Positions 1 through 12,419 of a stretch of 64,000 bases of DNA are shown in pieces (the first letter of the stretch is position 1; the number at the start of each line of letters is the position of its first letter). The position numbers were made by a program, and so were the translations under genes. This DNA comes from Lama glama. Lineage: Eukaryota. The notes under the pieces are model-generated. The model searched no databases. It had not been told where the DNA came from and saw only the letters and a list, made by a program, of their open reading frames with translations. The stretch covers positions 38,936,001 to 39,000,000 of the forward strand of contig CM052851.1 in NCBI GenBank assembly GCA_028534125.1, written 5' to 3'.

Positions 1-59
1 TTGTTGGTCTTGGTGCTCCAGGGCAGATGTTTCTCCTATAACGGAGGTATTGTGGTCAG

Positions 60-190
60 TTGGAAAGAGTGCTGGCCTAAAGGACGGAGCAGTGGATTCT
101 AACCCCTGCTGCGCTGCTAATTTGCAGTGTGATCTTGCGCAAGACACATTTCTATGTCTCAATTTCTTTTTGTCAAAAGGGACCTTATGA
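60..190 (+). repeat. MIR SINE fragment
   Basis: MIR core-like ...gctaatttgcagtgtgatcttgcgcaagacac...tctcaatttctttttgtcaaaaggg. Confidence 0.5.
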
Positions 191-1375
191 TAAAGAGGAC
201 AGGAATCTATGGATGTGAGATGGGGTCCCAGAGAGTCAGCCTGGGGGATCAAGGAGAGCCGATAAGCTAAGGCAGAGAGCCATGACCGTGAGTATCATTA
301 GTGGAACCAGAAGGAAACACAAATCTAAATAGAGATAAAATTAATATGTCTAGTCACTTTGTGAAAGTATAAACTGTGATAACAAAGTGGTGGAAGTTCT
401 CTGACAAGGATGACTCCAGGAGATAACTGCCTCATTAGACTGCTGGGCTTGCTCTAGGTCCACACCTGTTTGCTGTCACCCTTGGGATGTGGGAGGCTGG
501 GCCTTCAGTGGGTTCAGTTCCAGAATTCTGCCTCCCACCTTCCACCTCCTTCGTAAACCCAGGAATATTTGAAACTCAGCCCAGATCTTCACCTGGCTTT
601 GATTTCCCCATCATGTGGAGAATGGTCCTTGGAAGTTGTAGTTTCCAGAAACCTTAAATGTTTGCTAACACGTCCAACTTGAGCATTTGTTGATCACTCC
701 TTCTGTGCGTGGCTGCGTTCCAGTTCTTGTGCCCCGGGGGTGGTATGATTTGGTTCCAGCAAGGAAGTGGGGAATATTTGGGGGATCCTATCACCAGGAA
801 CTAGGAAATAAAAGTAGACAGAAGAACTGAGATGCTCCTTTGTCGTTTGTGAGAGGCAGGTCTTTGATGAAGAACAAAGAGGTTTAACGTCTGCCTGTGT
901 AAACCGTGGCCCTCGCACACATACTCAGGCAGAGCTGCATTTCTTCCTGATCCCTCCCTGTCCCCTTCTGAAATGATTGTGGGATTCAGTTGAGTCTTGC
1001 CTAGTTTATACTTTTTTCTTTCCAATTAAAGATTTGTATTGGTTTCTTCCAGTGCAGGCTTGGAAGACAGTCTTCAGAGTCTTTTGCTGCCCTGTGATCC
1101 TTTGTCAGGCATAAATCAGCAGAAAGTCCAGTAAATGGGTGCAGAGGGATACCTGTCTCTGCGGGGTTAGTATTAAGGACTGCATTTACTGTTGTTACAC
1201 CTAACCCGGGAGGCTCTCAGGCTGCTGAAACTTACTAGAGAAAGTCATGGAGCTGAGTAGAATAGTTCTGGGGAGAGGAGTTACTCTGTACACTCTCAAC
1301 TGGGCCTTCTTTGCTATTCTGCAATCCTTTAAGATATCTTTAAGTACCTGTGACACATGCCGCAGTGCTCATTCC

Positions 1376-1395
1376 CTTTTTTTTTTTTTTTTTTT
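1376..1395. repeat. Poly-T run
   Basis: About 20 consecutive T. Confidence 0.9.
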
Positions 1396-1439
1396 GGTGC
1401 TCCTTAACCTCTGATTCCATCCTGACTCTACATCACCAG

Positions 1440-1990
1440 TGAGGGAGCCTTCTATTTTGCTGAGACTGTTAGGGCTAGGTGACGTGAAACTCTGGGATAG
1501 TCCCTTTTCTTTAGATAGCTAGGTATCCTGTTCATCCAACACCAAGAGAACAGGCATAGGCATTTCCCGTAGGCTCTATAGATGTGTTTATTTTGAATGC
1601 CAGTGTCATTTGGGTGGAATGATGGACTTGATAAGAGTTGGGAGCCCATGTCTGGCTATTTGGTACTTTCCCCCCTCCCGCTTGTTCTTTAACCAAGTTA
1701 TCCTCCGAAGATCGTGCGGTTGGTAGCTGCCGTGTAATACCTGATGTGTCCTCCCCACCACTCCGGTTCTGGATACTCTGCCTTCTATGTCTCTCACGAA
1801 TCATAGCTGCTCATACAGTTCCCCCTCAGGTAGGTGTCTTTCCAGTCTTACTTGCATCCTCTTTAATCCTCCTCTTCTATTCTCTTCCTCTCCTGCCTAT
1901 TTTGCTACTTCGATAAATACCCTCCTTGTCCCCTTCCCTCTTTGATTGCGGAGTGAAAGCTAGCCCCAGTCACAGCTGATAAGCGTGACA
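1440..1990 (-). mobile_element. Probable ancient solo LTR (family unassigned)
   Basis: About 550 bp bounded by TG...CA, with near-duplicated flanks ccag (1436-1439) and ccaa (1991-1994). AATAAA on the minus strand at 1587-1592. Confidence 0.4.
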
Positions 1991-2559
1991 CCAAGAATAC
2001 TCCGGAAAGGAAAGCCACATATTCGGGAGTGAGATGAGCCGATGTGAAGAGTCATTGCTGTCTGTCTTGTCCTTGGGAATGCCTTTTCAGGTCTCTGATG
2101 ATACCTGTCTTTCAATTAACTTGTCCTTCTTCCTGGACCACAATTTTAGGATACATACAAATTATTTAATTTTTTCTCTTATGTTTTGTTTTATTGTAAG
2201 TATTTAGTTACATGGGTAATTTTTTTTTGTATCTTTACTATATTTAAACAGTATTTTAGCTATGTTGTTCAGTATTGAGTTTATCTGGGTACCCAGCTAC
2301 CATATCTAATACTGTTTCTTTGGGAAAATGTCTTCAACTTATAAAAATGACTGACTTGGAGTGTTCAATGAAAGCACAGTCTTCACCCTCTGGCCCTCCT
2401 GGTGATGCTGCTGTGGAAGGGCTGACTCCACTGCTACTGTGTGTTGAGGAAGAACACTGCTTCCCAGGGGTGCCTGGAGCTGGACCGGGAGAGCTTGGTC
2501 CTTCCTTTTTCTGAGTCTCTGAGTGGCAGCTAGGATGGCTGGAGTGTGCCATGCCTGAC

Positions 2560-2593
2560 TTCTCTCTCTCTCTTCTTTTTTTTTTTTTTTTTT
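2560..2593. repeat. (CT)n plus poly-T simple repeat
   Basis: ttctctctctctcttc followed by a T run. Confidence 0.85.
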
Positions 2594-5500
2594 GCTATGT
2601 GTCACTTCAGGAAATACTTTAGCTTAAAGCCTGAAGAAGTCCCCCCACTTTGAAAATCATGAACTAATTATGACAGGGCCACATTCTTTTAACATGTTGT
2701 CTAGTGGAGTTAATTGAAGTATCCCCTCCTATTTTCGAGTCGGCAGTAATACATTCTTGTTGTGATGCAATGTCAGGTCTCAAATGGAAAGCTTCTTGTT
2801 TGAAGCTGTGTGTTTCCAGTGGGGTAAGTCTGCTGCCAGTTTATGAAAACTGACGATGTCCCTGTGCTCTGTGTGTAGCATCTCCTTGTGGAATTGTGCC
2901 CGACGCAGTGAGGCCAGAAAAACCTAAAGGTAAGGCGTTTGGAGCAGAGAAAGGTTGATTGCAGGGCCAAGCAAGGAGGCCAGGTGGTTTGTGCTCAAAA
3001 AACCCAGACTCCCCGATGAGGGCAGCAGGGTGTGTGGCTTTCTTCTGATTGGTTGGTGTTGAAGTAACGGGGCACTGCTGCAGGAATCTTGTGTTCACCC
3101 TGAAGTTGCCATCCTCCACCTGGGTGGGATCTTCCTTTCTGCGGAAGAACTCAAAGACAGTGTTATGTGTATTCCTTGAGGAGGAAGCAGGCTTCTGCCC
3201 CAAGGCTGCACTATCATTTCTGGACTGCTCCCCCCTTGTTTCTGCGTTCCCTCCTTTCCCTGATTAGCAACTGTTTGAATCTGCTCTTTGGGACTCAGTG
3301 GGGGGTCAAGGAGGCTAAATGAAGTCTATTTCCTACAAAAGAGAAGTGAGGGACAGAAAGGATTTGTACCAGGAGGACCTCACTGGGTCCTGCTCTGTTT
3401 CAGAATGAACAATTCAGCAAAATGGAACAAGTTTTTGAATAAAATCCCAAGTTCTACTAGGTTCCAAGTGACTGAGAATTTCCTGTTAGAGTGGCAAAGT
3501 TTAACCATGTTTTTGCCTGGGGATAGTATGTGTCATGTCGTTCTAAAGAAGTATTGTCTGGAGCTGAATACCTTTTTTTTAAATTTGGCTTTCTTTCTAT
3601 GGTGCCCAGAGATGGTTTGAGGTCATCTTTAGTCTTGTCTCTTTGAAAAAAGCAGTGTGCATTTTATTCAAGGTATGGAAGTAAAACCTGTGGCTACAGG
3701 ACAGGGTGAAACTAATGATTCTGATAAGTAGCAAACCGTTTACCTTTGTCTCACTGGCCCCAGGCTGTAAGTCACTGAACTAACTAGCTACAGACACTTA
3801 TTGTGCAATCTTGAGGTGGGGATGGGCTAAATCCCAGAGGCTGGAAGGCAGACATGTGGCTACCAGAGAGATGAGGTCAGCTGGTTTACGGGTGTTGTGG
3901 AGGGAGGGGGGATTCCAGGTGCTCAGCCTCCTTCCTGCACGTGGGGGTGTCTGAAGCCACCCCCGTCATCCCCGATCCTGTTGGCAGCCAAGGCCTTTGC
4001 GTGGGAAAATGCTTCGTCTAATTCTTGCCTCCTGCTGTCCCCACAGAGACCTGAGATTGGAAAGGGTCTTTGACCTTGGCTGTGGGAACAAAGCTTTGAG
4101 GAATGAACAGGCATGTGTGTCTCTGTGTGCCTGTGTGTGTTTTGCGTTAATGCTGACAACTGACTGCCAGTTGGTCAAACTGGGGTTAGGTATGAGAGGA
4201 AAAGGGGAATCTGGGTTTTGGGGAATCTGTTTTAGGAATTGCCCTTTTCTTGGAAGAGAAAGCAGTTTATGATTTAACTTTTAATTAAAATTATCTGATT
4301 ATTTGCTTTTGATACTCTTGATGTGGATACTTAGCACACAACAGGGGGGCATTCCTCGTAACTTCCTTTCTGGGTTCTGCTGCTTCCCCTGTGCTTATCC
4401 TAGAACAGAGCCCCCCAAAGCCATAACTTGTGACATATCAGAGAGAGCACTTCTGCAGGGAAGATCTTCCTCTTTGCTGAGCCTTGCCTTGTGTATGGGT
4501 TTCTGGGAACTGAGGTGGGGCTCCTCGGGAAGCCTGCAGCTCGCAGTAGGAATGAAAAAGCTTTATATCCCTTGAAGCAGGACGGAGGGAACAGGGCTGG
4601 GAGGCACTGGAGCCCACGAAGCCCGCCTGCTTACCATCTTTGTTCTCCTGTCAGATGCGGGACACCCGCTGTGGTTTCACCCTCTTCCCCCAAGATGTGG
4701 ATGAAAAAAAAAGAAGCCTTTGCTTGGAAGGCAGGTGATAAAAGCACCAGCAAAGCTTATACTAAGAGGGTCACACATCCCCATCCCAGGCCTGCCTTGG
4801 GTTTCTTTGGGGCCATCGACGGCTTAGGGTTTCTCTAAGAGTCTTGCTCTCATTCAGTATGGCTGCTGCTTACCAGAAGCCAGGCTTGTAATGTCCAGGC
4901 GTGTTCCCACCACTGTACTTCTCTCTTCTTTTGGGCTTTCAGACACGAGGACCTTCAAGTTCTCCGAGCTGCAGAAATCTTTCTTCTGAGAGCCTAGTTC
5001 CTCCCCTTCTGGGCCCAGGAAGCTGTGGTAAGCTCTTTTCCTTCTCAGCTGGGCACTTCTGGGAAGCTGTCTGCATTCCTTTCTGCCCAGCTCTCTGCCC
5101 CTGGGGCTCTGTGGGGGTGTGGCTGTGACGCAGAATGCCAAGACAGTTCCATGGAGACCAGCCCCTGAAGATAACCAGGAGTTTGAATGTGGAATTGCCC
5201 TTTCTTGCAGTCTTGCAAACCTGGAACCAGGAGCTAGTTTTTCAAGGGGTGTGGTATGGTATTGATTCTCCTTAAAACTTTCTCTGAATTGCTCCCTGTC
5301 TCCTTGCGACTCTGGAAGGGAGGGAGTGATGAGGAGGGTTAGTGCTCAGTTCCTGTGATCTTTCTTGGGCTCTGGAGGTGGGTGCAGCAGATGTCTTCTG
5401 TGAGGAAGGAGCTTAGAGGCAGGTGAGAGCATCAGCGTGTCTTCTGGGTGTCTTTCCAGTCTGGCTATATTGACACTGAGGGTGGTGACAACATGTGTTA

Positions 5501-6089
5501 ACACCCCTCAGCAGGGATGGCCATCCAGAGTCCCACCTCCAGTTTGCTGGCTCTCTAAGGATGAGAAGCATTTTTGCAGCTGCCAGCCCTCAGTGGCATG
5601 CCCTTTAGAGCTGTCCATGCCCTGGCAGGTTACAGAGCTTTCCCATGGATGTGCTGCCTCTATGGGGCTTAATTTGAAGCAGACCTACCTCAAGGGCCCA
5701 AATCTGAAATGTACATTACATACAAAATTACTGCTAGTTTTGGCTCCTCTTCCTTCTGCATTTCTCTCTTGCCTTTACCTCCCCGTCACTGTGAGGGTTG
5801 TAAACAGCTGCTGCTATCACAGGGCTAATCAGGACTGATCAGGATTAAGAATGGAGCGAAATATAAGTAAATGTTACAGAGCATACTGCCCTGATGTGCT
5901 CAGGCTCATCCTTAGGGAAGAGTTTGATTTGAACCTGTGGTGGAGGGGTGAACAGAGTGGGTGAAAGTTGGGAGGAAAAAGTGGGAAGGAACTTCATGAG
6001 TTGGAGGAGTATTGATTCCACCCCTTCGTTCTCCCCTCCCTGCACCCCCAGCATTTCCTGTGAGTGGTGAAGGGCAAAAAGTCTTGCTT

Positions 6090-6780
6090 TTCACCAGTCA
6101 ACAATACTAGCTGAATTTTTCAGTTTAACCAACACTGTGATTCGAATATTATATAAAGCTTGTTTTCTCTCTGAGGGAATTTATAATCTATTGGAAGAGA
6201 CAAAATTTGTTAAACAAATAGAGACTGTTAGAGATCTTACCTGTGTTTGGTTACTGTGACCGTGTTTATAGTTCAGAAATAAGGCAGTTTTGTCTTAACA
6301 CTGCAGGAAAACTTTCTTGGAGGAGGCAGGGATCTTTTCTGGTCTTTGAAAGTTGAATCTACTTTATATAAGCAAGGGAGAGGTGGGGAGTGTTGTGGTT
6401 GTGGAGAACAGCAAGAGCATAGAGCATGTGGCTCTCCGCGGTCCCCGCGATGGTCTGTCTTGGGAGTGGGAGGTCCCAACTCTGCACGTTCTGCCTTGGT
6501 GCTTAGGAGATGAGAGGTGATGCAGTGAAAGTGGAGTTTTGTGGAAATCACTCTTGTAGAAGAAAGTAGGCGAGGACAGAGATTGGCTGACAGTCAGGAG
6601 ACCCATTAAAGACTATGGGTCATTTGCAGCAGGAATAGAGAGAAAGGGGGTGAATCCTAGAGAATTTTCAAAAGTTGAAAAGGTAGGACTAGACATGGGA
6701 TCTTAAGGATGCAGTTGAGGGGAAAAACAGAGGATGCCAAAATTTCTTCCCTGAGAAAGTTGACCATTACTGGTGTCTTA
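6090..6780 (-). mobile_element. Degraded L2 LINE fragments
   Basis: L2-like purine-rich passages (ttatatataagcaaggggagg..., ggaatagagagaaagggggtgaatcctagagaatttt). Confidence 0.4.
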
Positions 6781-9599
6781 TGTTTATGAAGTGCTGTTCA
6801 AAGCACTTTTTCATTCAGCAAGTATATCAGAGTTATCTGGACTCCTTGTTCACCCAGTCTGGCTTCATTTTCCAGATGGGGAGATTAGAACCAAGAAAGG
6901 AGAGGGTACAGTTCCAACTCACAGGACTGTTTAGTGGGTACACCGGCACCTCCAATCTTGGCCTTCTATTTCCTAGGGGAATTTTAAGACACGAGTAGCA
7001 GAGGAAGGAGTGTGAGGTCAGAGAAAAGCCCTGTCTAGCTGGGTGACATTAGGTGATTACCAGTTTTTCTGCACAAAATGAAGCTTATTCAGAAGCTTCA
7101 GACTAAATCAGTGGTTCTACTACTAAGAATTCTTTTTGAGAGCACTAGATGAGGAATGTGGATTCCTTGGCTCCTTTTTAGTTCTGAGATTCTTAAGAGT
7201 GCACAAAAATAATGTGTATGAGAAGTATTGAATTGGGTTTCCTCAGAGACTGTGGCTGGTTTCCAGGGTGGTGCCTTTCTAAGGGACTTTCAACAGTACT
7301 TTGATTCCCCATGATTTTCACCTTACAGACTGACCACAGAACCTAACTCGTGAGGACACAACTCTGCCGTTAGTAGGCTGTGGCCAAGATTTGAACTCAC
7401 TGTTCGTAGAGTTACACTTATGGCTCTGTTTGTGTTATCCATGTCCTCTCCCCACCACCTCTTAAAACACACATACACTTTTCTCCATTCCACTCTCTCT
7501 CTCCTTCCTTTCCTTTTCCATTCTTTCTCCTTCACTGTTTTTCTCATCTTATTCCCCTTCCTCCATCTCTGTTCTCTCCACTCCTGTCTGTCTTGTTGTC
7601 TAAATAACTTCCTGTGTTGGAACAGCTTCCCATCTTGGTTAAACTCAGACATGACCCCAGCAGAGCACCTGGGAATATTCTGTTTTGTCTGTATTCCCTG
7701 ATGTGGTGGCTGGTGCTTGGTGATCCGAGCCAGAATCTGGGAGTCATTCTGGACCCTTCCTCGCCTCCACGGTCAGTCACCCTTTAAGATCTTGCTTTCT
7801 GTGCAAAGAGCTCTTGATCCTCCCTCCTCATGTTCATTCTCACTGCCCCGTGCAGCAGGAGAGGGAGCAGAGTGCCATCATGGTCGAAGAAAGAAAAATA
7901 CAGAGGAGGGTCACCTTCATTGTCCTCAGAAACATTTTGCAAACCTTCAAAGCCCAGTTTAGTCTCCGTCTTTGCCTCTCACAGCTGTCTGTGGGCCTCT
8001 GACCCTCTGTGATGGGCTGGTCGCTGTGCTTCTGCTGGCTGTGTTTGGTGAAATCCTGAGTCTGAAAAGGAACACTGATTTAGGAAGCAGTGGTTACTCT
8101 CTTGGGAGCACAAAGGCAGAGTCAAGCCTCATGTTCTTGGTGGAGTTTCCCTGAGTAGCCTTCCCCTCCTTAGCTCCTGTGAGCCTTCTCCTTGGAAGAG
8201 GTGTGTCCATGTGTTACCGATGGCGGTTGTCACCTGCAGTGATGACAAGTGGCTGCAGTCTTTCACCACCTGGAGGACTCTCCCGTGGGTGGCTTTCTTG
8301 GCTTGCTCAGGTTTGAGGAGAGCCAGTGTCTCCCTAGAGCCTCTGGAGTCCCACGGCTTGTGAGAAAGAAGTCTTCTGCTGGCATCTGCTGTGCTAGGGA
8401 CACCTTGACTCCTTGTTTTTTGTTTGTTTTTACTCTGCCTTCATCCTCCTAATGATGCTGTCATTAGCAGCGTTAGCTAACCCGTTCTATTGCGTATAGG
8501 CAATCCCAGTAACCCAGGTAAGGAATATAGGCTTTCTGAATTTTCTTCTTTCCTTCAAAGGCTAAGTGGTACTCAGATGTGTTCTTTGACATTCCTGGGA
8601 GTAATGCCCAGGAATTCCCCCAGATATGCTGTTCTCAGACTTCTAAACAAGCGTCCTCCTATTTCTGTCCTTCAGAATCTTAAATTGCACTCCCCTCTCC
8701 CTGCATGTTCCTCTCTTTTCCCTCTCATCAGCTCACCCATCTTCCTTACCTTGAAACCTGGGGTCTGATTTTTTCCCCCTATTACACAGATTTCTCTGTG
8801 TTGATCTCTAAGAGGATGAACGTTTATAAGCACCTCTTTTTATACAAAACGCAAACTAGCTCTATTTTACATAAGAATGGGATACACCTAGTATGTGTAT
8901 TGTTAAGGAAGGAGTTAATCTTTGCATAAATTTGAAACTTCTAGGTTCTTATCCTTGGGAGGAAAGAGAGACTATGGTTTAAAAATGGCATCTTCTACTA
9001 TAGGACATTGACTTTTATTCAGTACGACACTTATCCGTAGACCAGGACCACCTTCCTCGTTCCTGGGATAAGAACTGAATTTTGAGAGGCCATGCTCTTC
9101 CCTCCTCCTGATTCTTCATAAGTCCTTAGAGGAAGCGTCATAGTTTCCCATTATGGGAGATATGCTGGGATGTATACATTCCAGCAGTGCCTCACCGAGC
9201 TGAAATGCTGCATTCCTGCTGTCTAATGTTTCAGTTACAACAGGCAAAGCCAAGGCCTTGCTCACAACAGCTATCTGATGACAGCTTAGTATAGAAGGTT
9301 AAAGAGCCAAAGAATTCACTCTGATGGTTAAAAATATCATTTTGTAATTCTGATCATGGTGAACCATGGTTTGGGGAGATGATGGGTAAGAATTGTTGGG
9401 ATTCCTGAGCTTTTCTGTGTCCTCGCTAGAGCTTGGATGGTCAGAGCCCCAAAGGAGAGGTTCTGAGTAGCAGGAGGGACACAGGGCAGATCGGGCCAGG
9501 GTCAGCTGTCTCTTCTGCGAGCTTTCTAGATCTCATCTAGCTGCTCGTTTCCAGAGACGACTCCATGGGGAATCACAGCGGTAGTTTTGTCTCTTCCTC

Positions 9600-10340
9600 T
9601 TCTGTGGGAGGACTTAAGGCGCTCACGAACCAGACATGTTATCTTATTTCTCAGTTTGAGGAGCTCCACAGACTTCATTTTCTTTTTTGTCTTCAGCATA
9701 CTTGCCTATGATGTTATTAGGACTGTATTTACTCCTGGGTCTACCAATACAGTGTATGTCCCCTTGATACACTGTTCTAACCAGAATGGAGCAAAGTAAG
9801 ACATGGACCTCATTTGATCTGGACTCTGTGTTTCAGTCGGTGAACTCAAAATCACATTGACCCATCAGTTAACACATATTGAACCATTCCTCAAGTCTCT
9901 TTCATTTATACCATTTCATCCTGTTGTCATGCAGTTTTTTTCTAAACTTAAGTGTAAACTATCTTTTGTACTTTTAAAGTTTCATTTTGTTATCCTTAAC
10001 CTGTGGTTCTAGTTTGTGGAGGCCTTTTTGGGGGATTCTCTCTAGTACATTAATTATCCCTCCCAATTGGTTTGTCATATGCATTTTTGATAAGCATGCC
10101 TTACCCAAGTTATTGATAAAAAGGGTGACCATGGTAGGATCTAGAACAGATGGGCATGTCCAGACTTCTAGGAGTTCCAGAGCACTCCTTCCTAGTTGAT
10201 TTGGATCCATTTTGCTCATCCATTTGGACCCAGCTGTCCTGAGTTACCAGATCCTGCAGCTGCCAGTGCATTTAAGTTTTACCCGCAAGATCAAGAGAGA
10301 TTTTTCTGAAGTCCAGATAAATTGTGTCCCAGCATTCTTT
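9600..10340 (-). mobile_element. CR1/L3 LINE fossil covering the reverse-transcriptase C-terminal region
   Basis: Minus-strand translation gives DTIYLDFRK (about 10302-10328; cf. CR1 DVIYLDFSKAFD) and PSVLDPTMVTLFINNL...LSKMHMTNQLGGIINVLE...QKGLHKLE...NKMKL (ORF 9974-10219; cf. GSVLGPVLFNIFINDL...LSKFADDTKLGG...IQKDLDRLE...NKMKF). Confidence 0.85.
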
Positions 10341-11049
10341 GATGTATATGTGTGCATATGAATGTATTTATTTATATGATACTTATATGTCATATACAAA
10401 TATATATCATGTAAATATGTGTGCGTATTATTTTTAAACCCCCAGACTACTGTTTATGGACCACATGCTATCTCTTGTTGAGTGTTTTACATATATTATC
10501 TCCTTTATTCTCTACTATAATTAATTCCATGTTAATTTCATTAAATAAAACTAATGAATTTTTTAGCATGGCTGTACTTAATCTCCAGTGATCAGTGTTT
10601 CCTTCCCTGTGTCCTTGCTACTTTTCATATTTCGTATACTCTGTTCTGGAGTTTTGCCCATGATATTGCCTACTTAATAAATACTTATTGAGCATTTGTT
10701 ACGTGTAAAGAAAGCACTGCATTACAGCCTGTTGGAAATTCAGAGATGAATAAGAAATGATCCCTTTGCTTAGAAGAGCTTACATGTGATTAAAAATATG
10801 AAGGAATAAACCCTGGCTTAGTGGGGGAAGGAGGGAAAGCAAAAAGGACACACCAAAAAAAGAGTCCTGAGTGTGACTGGGACACTGAAAGTAGCTCACC
10901 TACAAAGTTCTAAGTGGAAGTCTTTGGAAACCAGGTTCTAACATGTTAGAACCTCTTTTCAAAAATGGAAAGTATCTACTTGACTGACCATTTAAAATCC
11001 TATCCCAGCACTTTTTTGGAGTGTCTTCCTGTGTTTGAGGGTGAGGAGA

Positions 11050-12200
11050 GGCAGACCTGAAAAGAGGGTCCAGTTTTGCAGTCTTTGATTTAAAGAATAT
11101 TATTAAAAACATAGAGAGTATGGATTTTAATATGTACAGTTGAAATGTGAATATGCACATGCCTACCATGCAGCTTAATAAAGAAAACATTACCATTAGC
11201 TTTGAAATCTCCTATGTGCCCTTATCAATAATTGAATTACTTTTAGAAAATAAATATATATGTTAAATTGTAGAAGTGAAATAGTGGCAGTGTGGAGTAT
11301 TTAGAACTTAGTAAGAAGGAAAAAAATTGCTAACGTGATTATTGTTTTGGTATGATTTCCTTTTTCGCTTGTGTGTGTTTTACATTTGAATGTAGTTACA
11401 GTTGTGTCACGCATAATTAGCATTGTCCGATGCTGTTCAAGTCTTCACAGTCACTTTTTAAATAAGTAGTACATGTATGTATTGCAAATTCAAAAGGTAC
11501 AAAAAGGTGTACAGTGAAAAGCAAGTCTTCCACCTTCTCTTCTCTTGTTTCCCTAGAGTCAATCACTGTTACTAGTTTGTGGATTATAGTCATTTTCTTT
11601 TAATGGCTGCACAATACTCCATCTGGTGCAGTGTTTTTCAGCCAGCAGGTCATCATTAGTGGGTTGGGAAATCAATTTTGTGGAGTTTTACAAGCTTTGT
11701 TGTTTTCTTAATGAAATAGATTAGGATAGAAAATAGAGAGCATCACACATAATAAAGATAAGTATTGTTTGGAGAAACATTTTTGGTTCAGTTTTGTACA
11801 CAAACACACACGTGCATACATGCTCTCTCATACATGCTCATACTATGTTACTGGGTAAAACGTATGTTTTTACTGTGGGTCATGGTCAAAAAAAATTTGA
11901 AATTTACTGATCTAGTAATGACTGACATGGAGCTTTTTTCTAATTTTCAGGATTATAAATAATGCTGGGAATGTGCATTTTTTTTTCACATACTTAGGAA
12001 TTTTATTTGGGACAGCTTCCCAGAAGTGAGGCCACTGAGTCAAAGGGTATGAGCATTTTAATTGATCTAGCCAAGTTACTTTCCAAAAGTTGTATCACAT
12101 TTTCTGTTTACTAAATGCCACCTGTACTTTGTTCAACATAGGTTATTTTTATTTTAATGCAGACATTTTTTCTATGCATTATATATGTGATATATATGTT
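11050..12200 (-). mobile_element. Ancient L1M fragments interrupted by a hAT MITE
   Basis: L1ME-type motifs (tcaaaaggtacaaaaaggtgtacagtgaaaagcaagtc; gagtcaaagggtatgagcattttaa). Confidence 0.6.
11629..11909 (+). mobile_element. hAT-Charlie-type MITE (MER class), about 281 bp
   Basis: Ends CAGTG...TACTG with an imperfect 8-bp TSD atctggtg (11621-11628) / atctagta (11910-11917). Confidence 0.75.
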
Positions 12201-12419
12201 TTTAGCAAGTAGAATAATTACTTTTTCTCCAAGTAATACAAAGTGAACACTGCCCAGTTTTACTAAATATTCTTCTGTAGCTGTGGTTCTTATTTTGGGG
12301 CAGCTTTCCTTGGATGTAGGGTGTGAAGCGCGACCACTCTTGCTCTCAAACTTGAGTCATTCTTACTTGCCTTTTGTGATTTGTGCTGTATATACATTCA
12401 TCTATTTATCTTTAAATTG

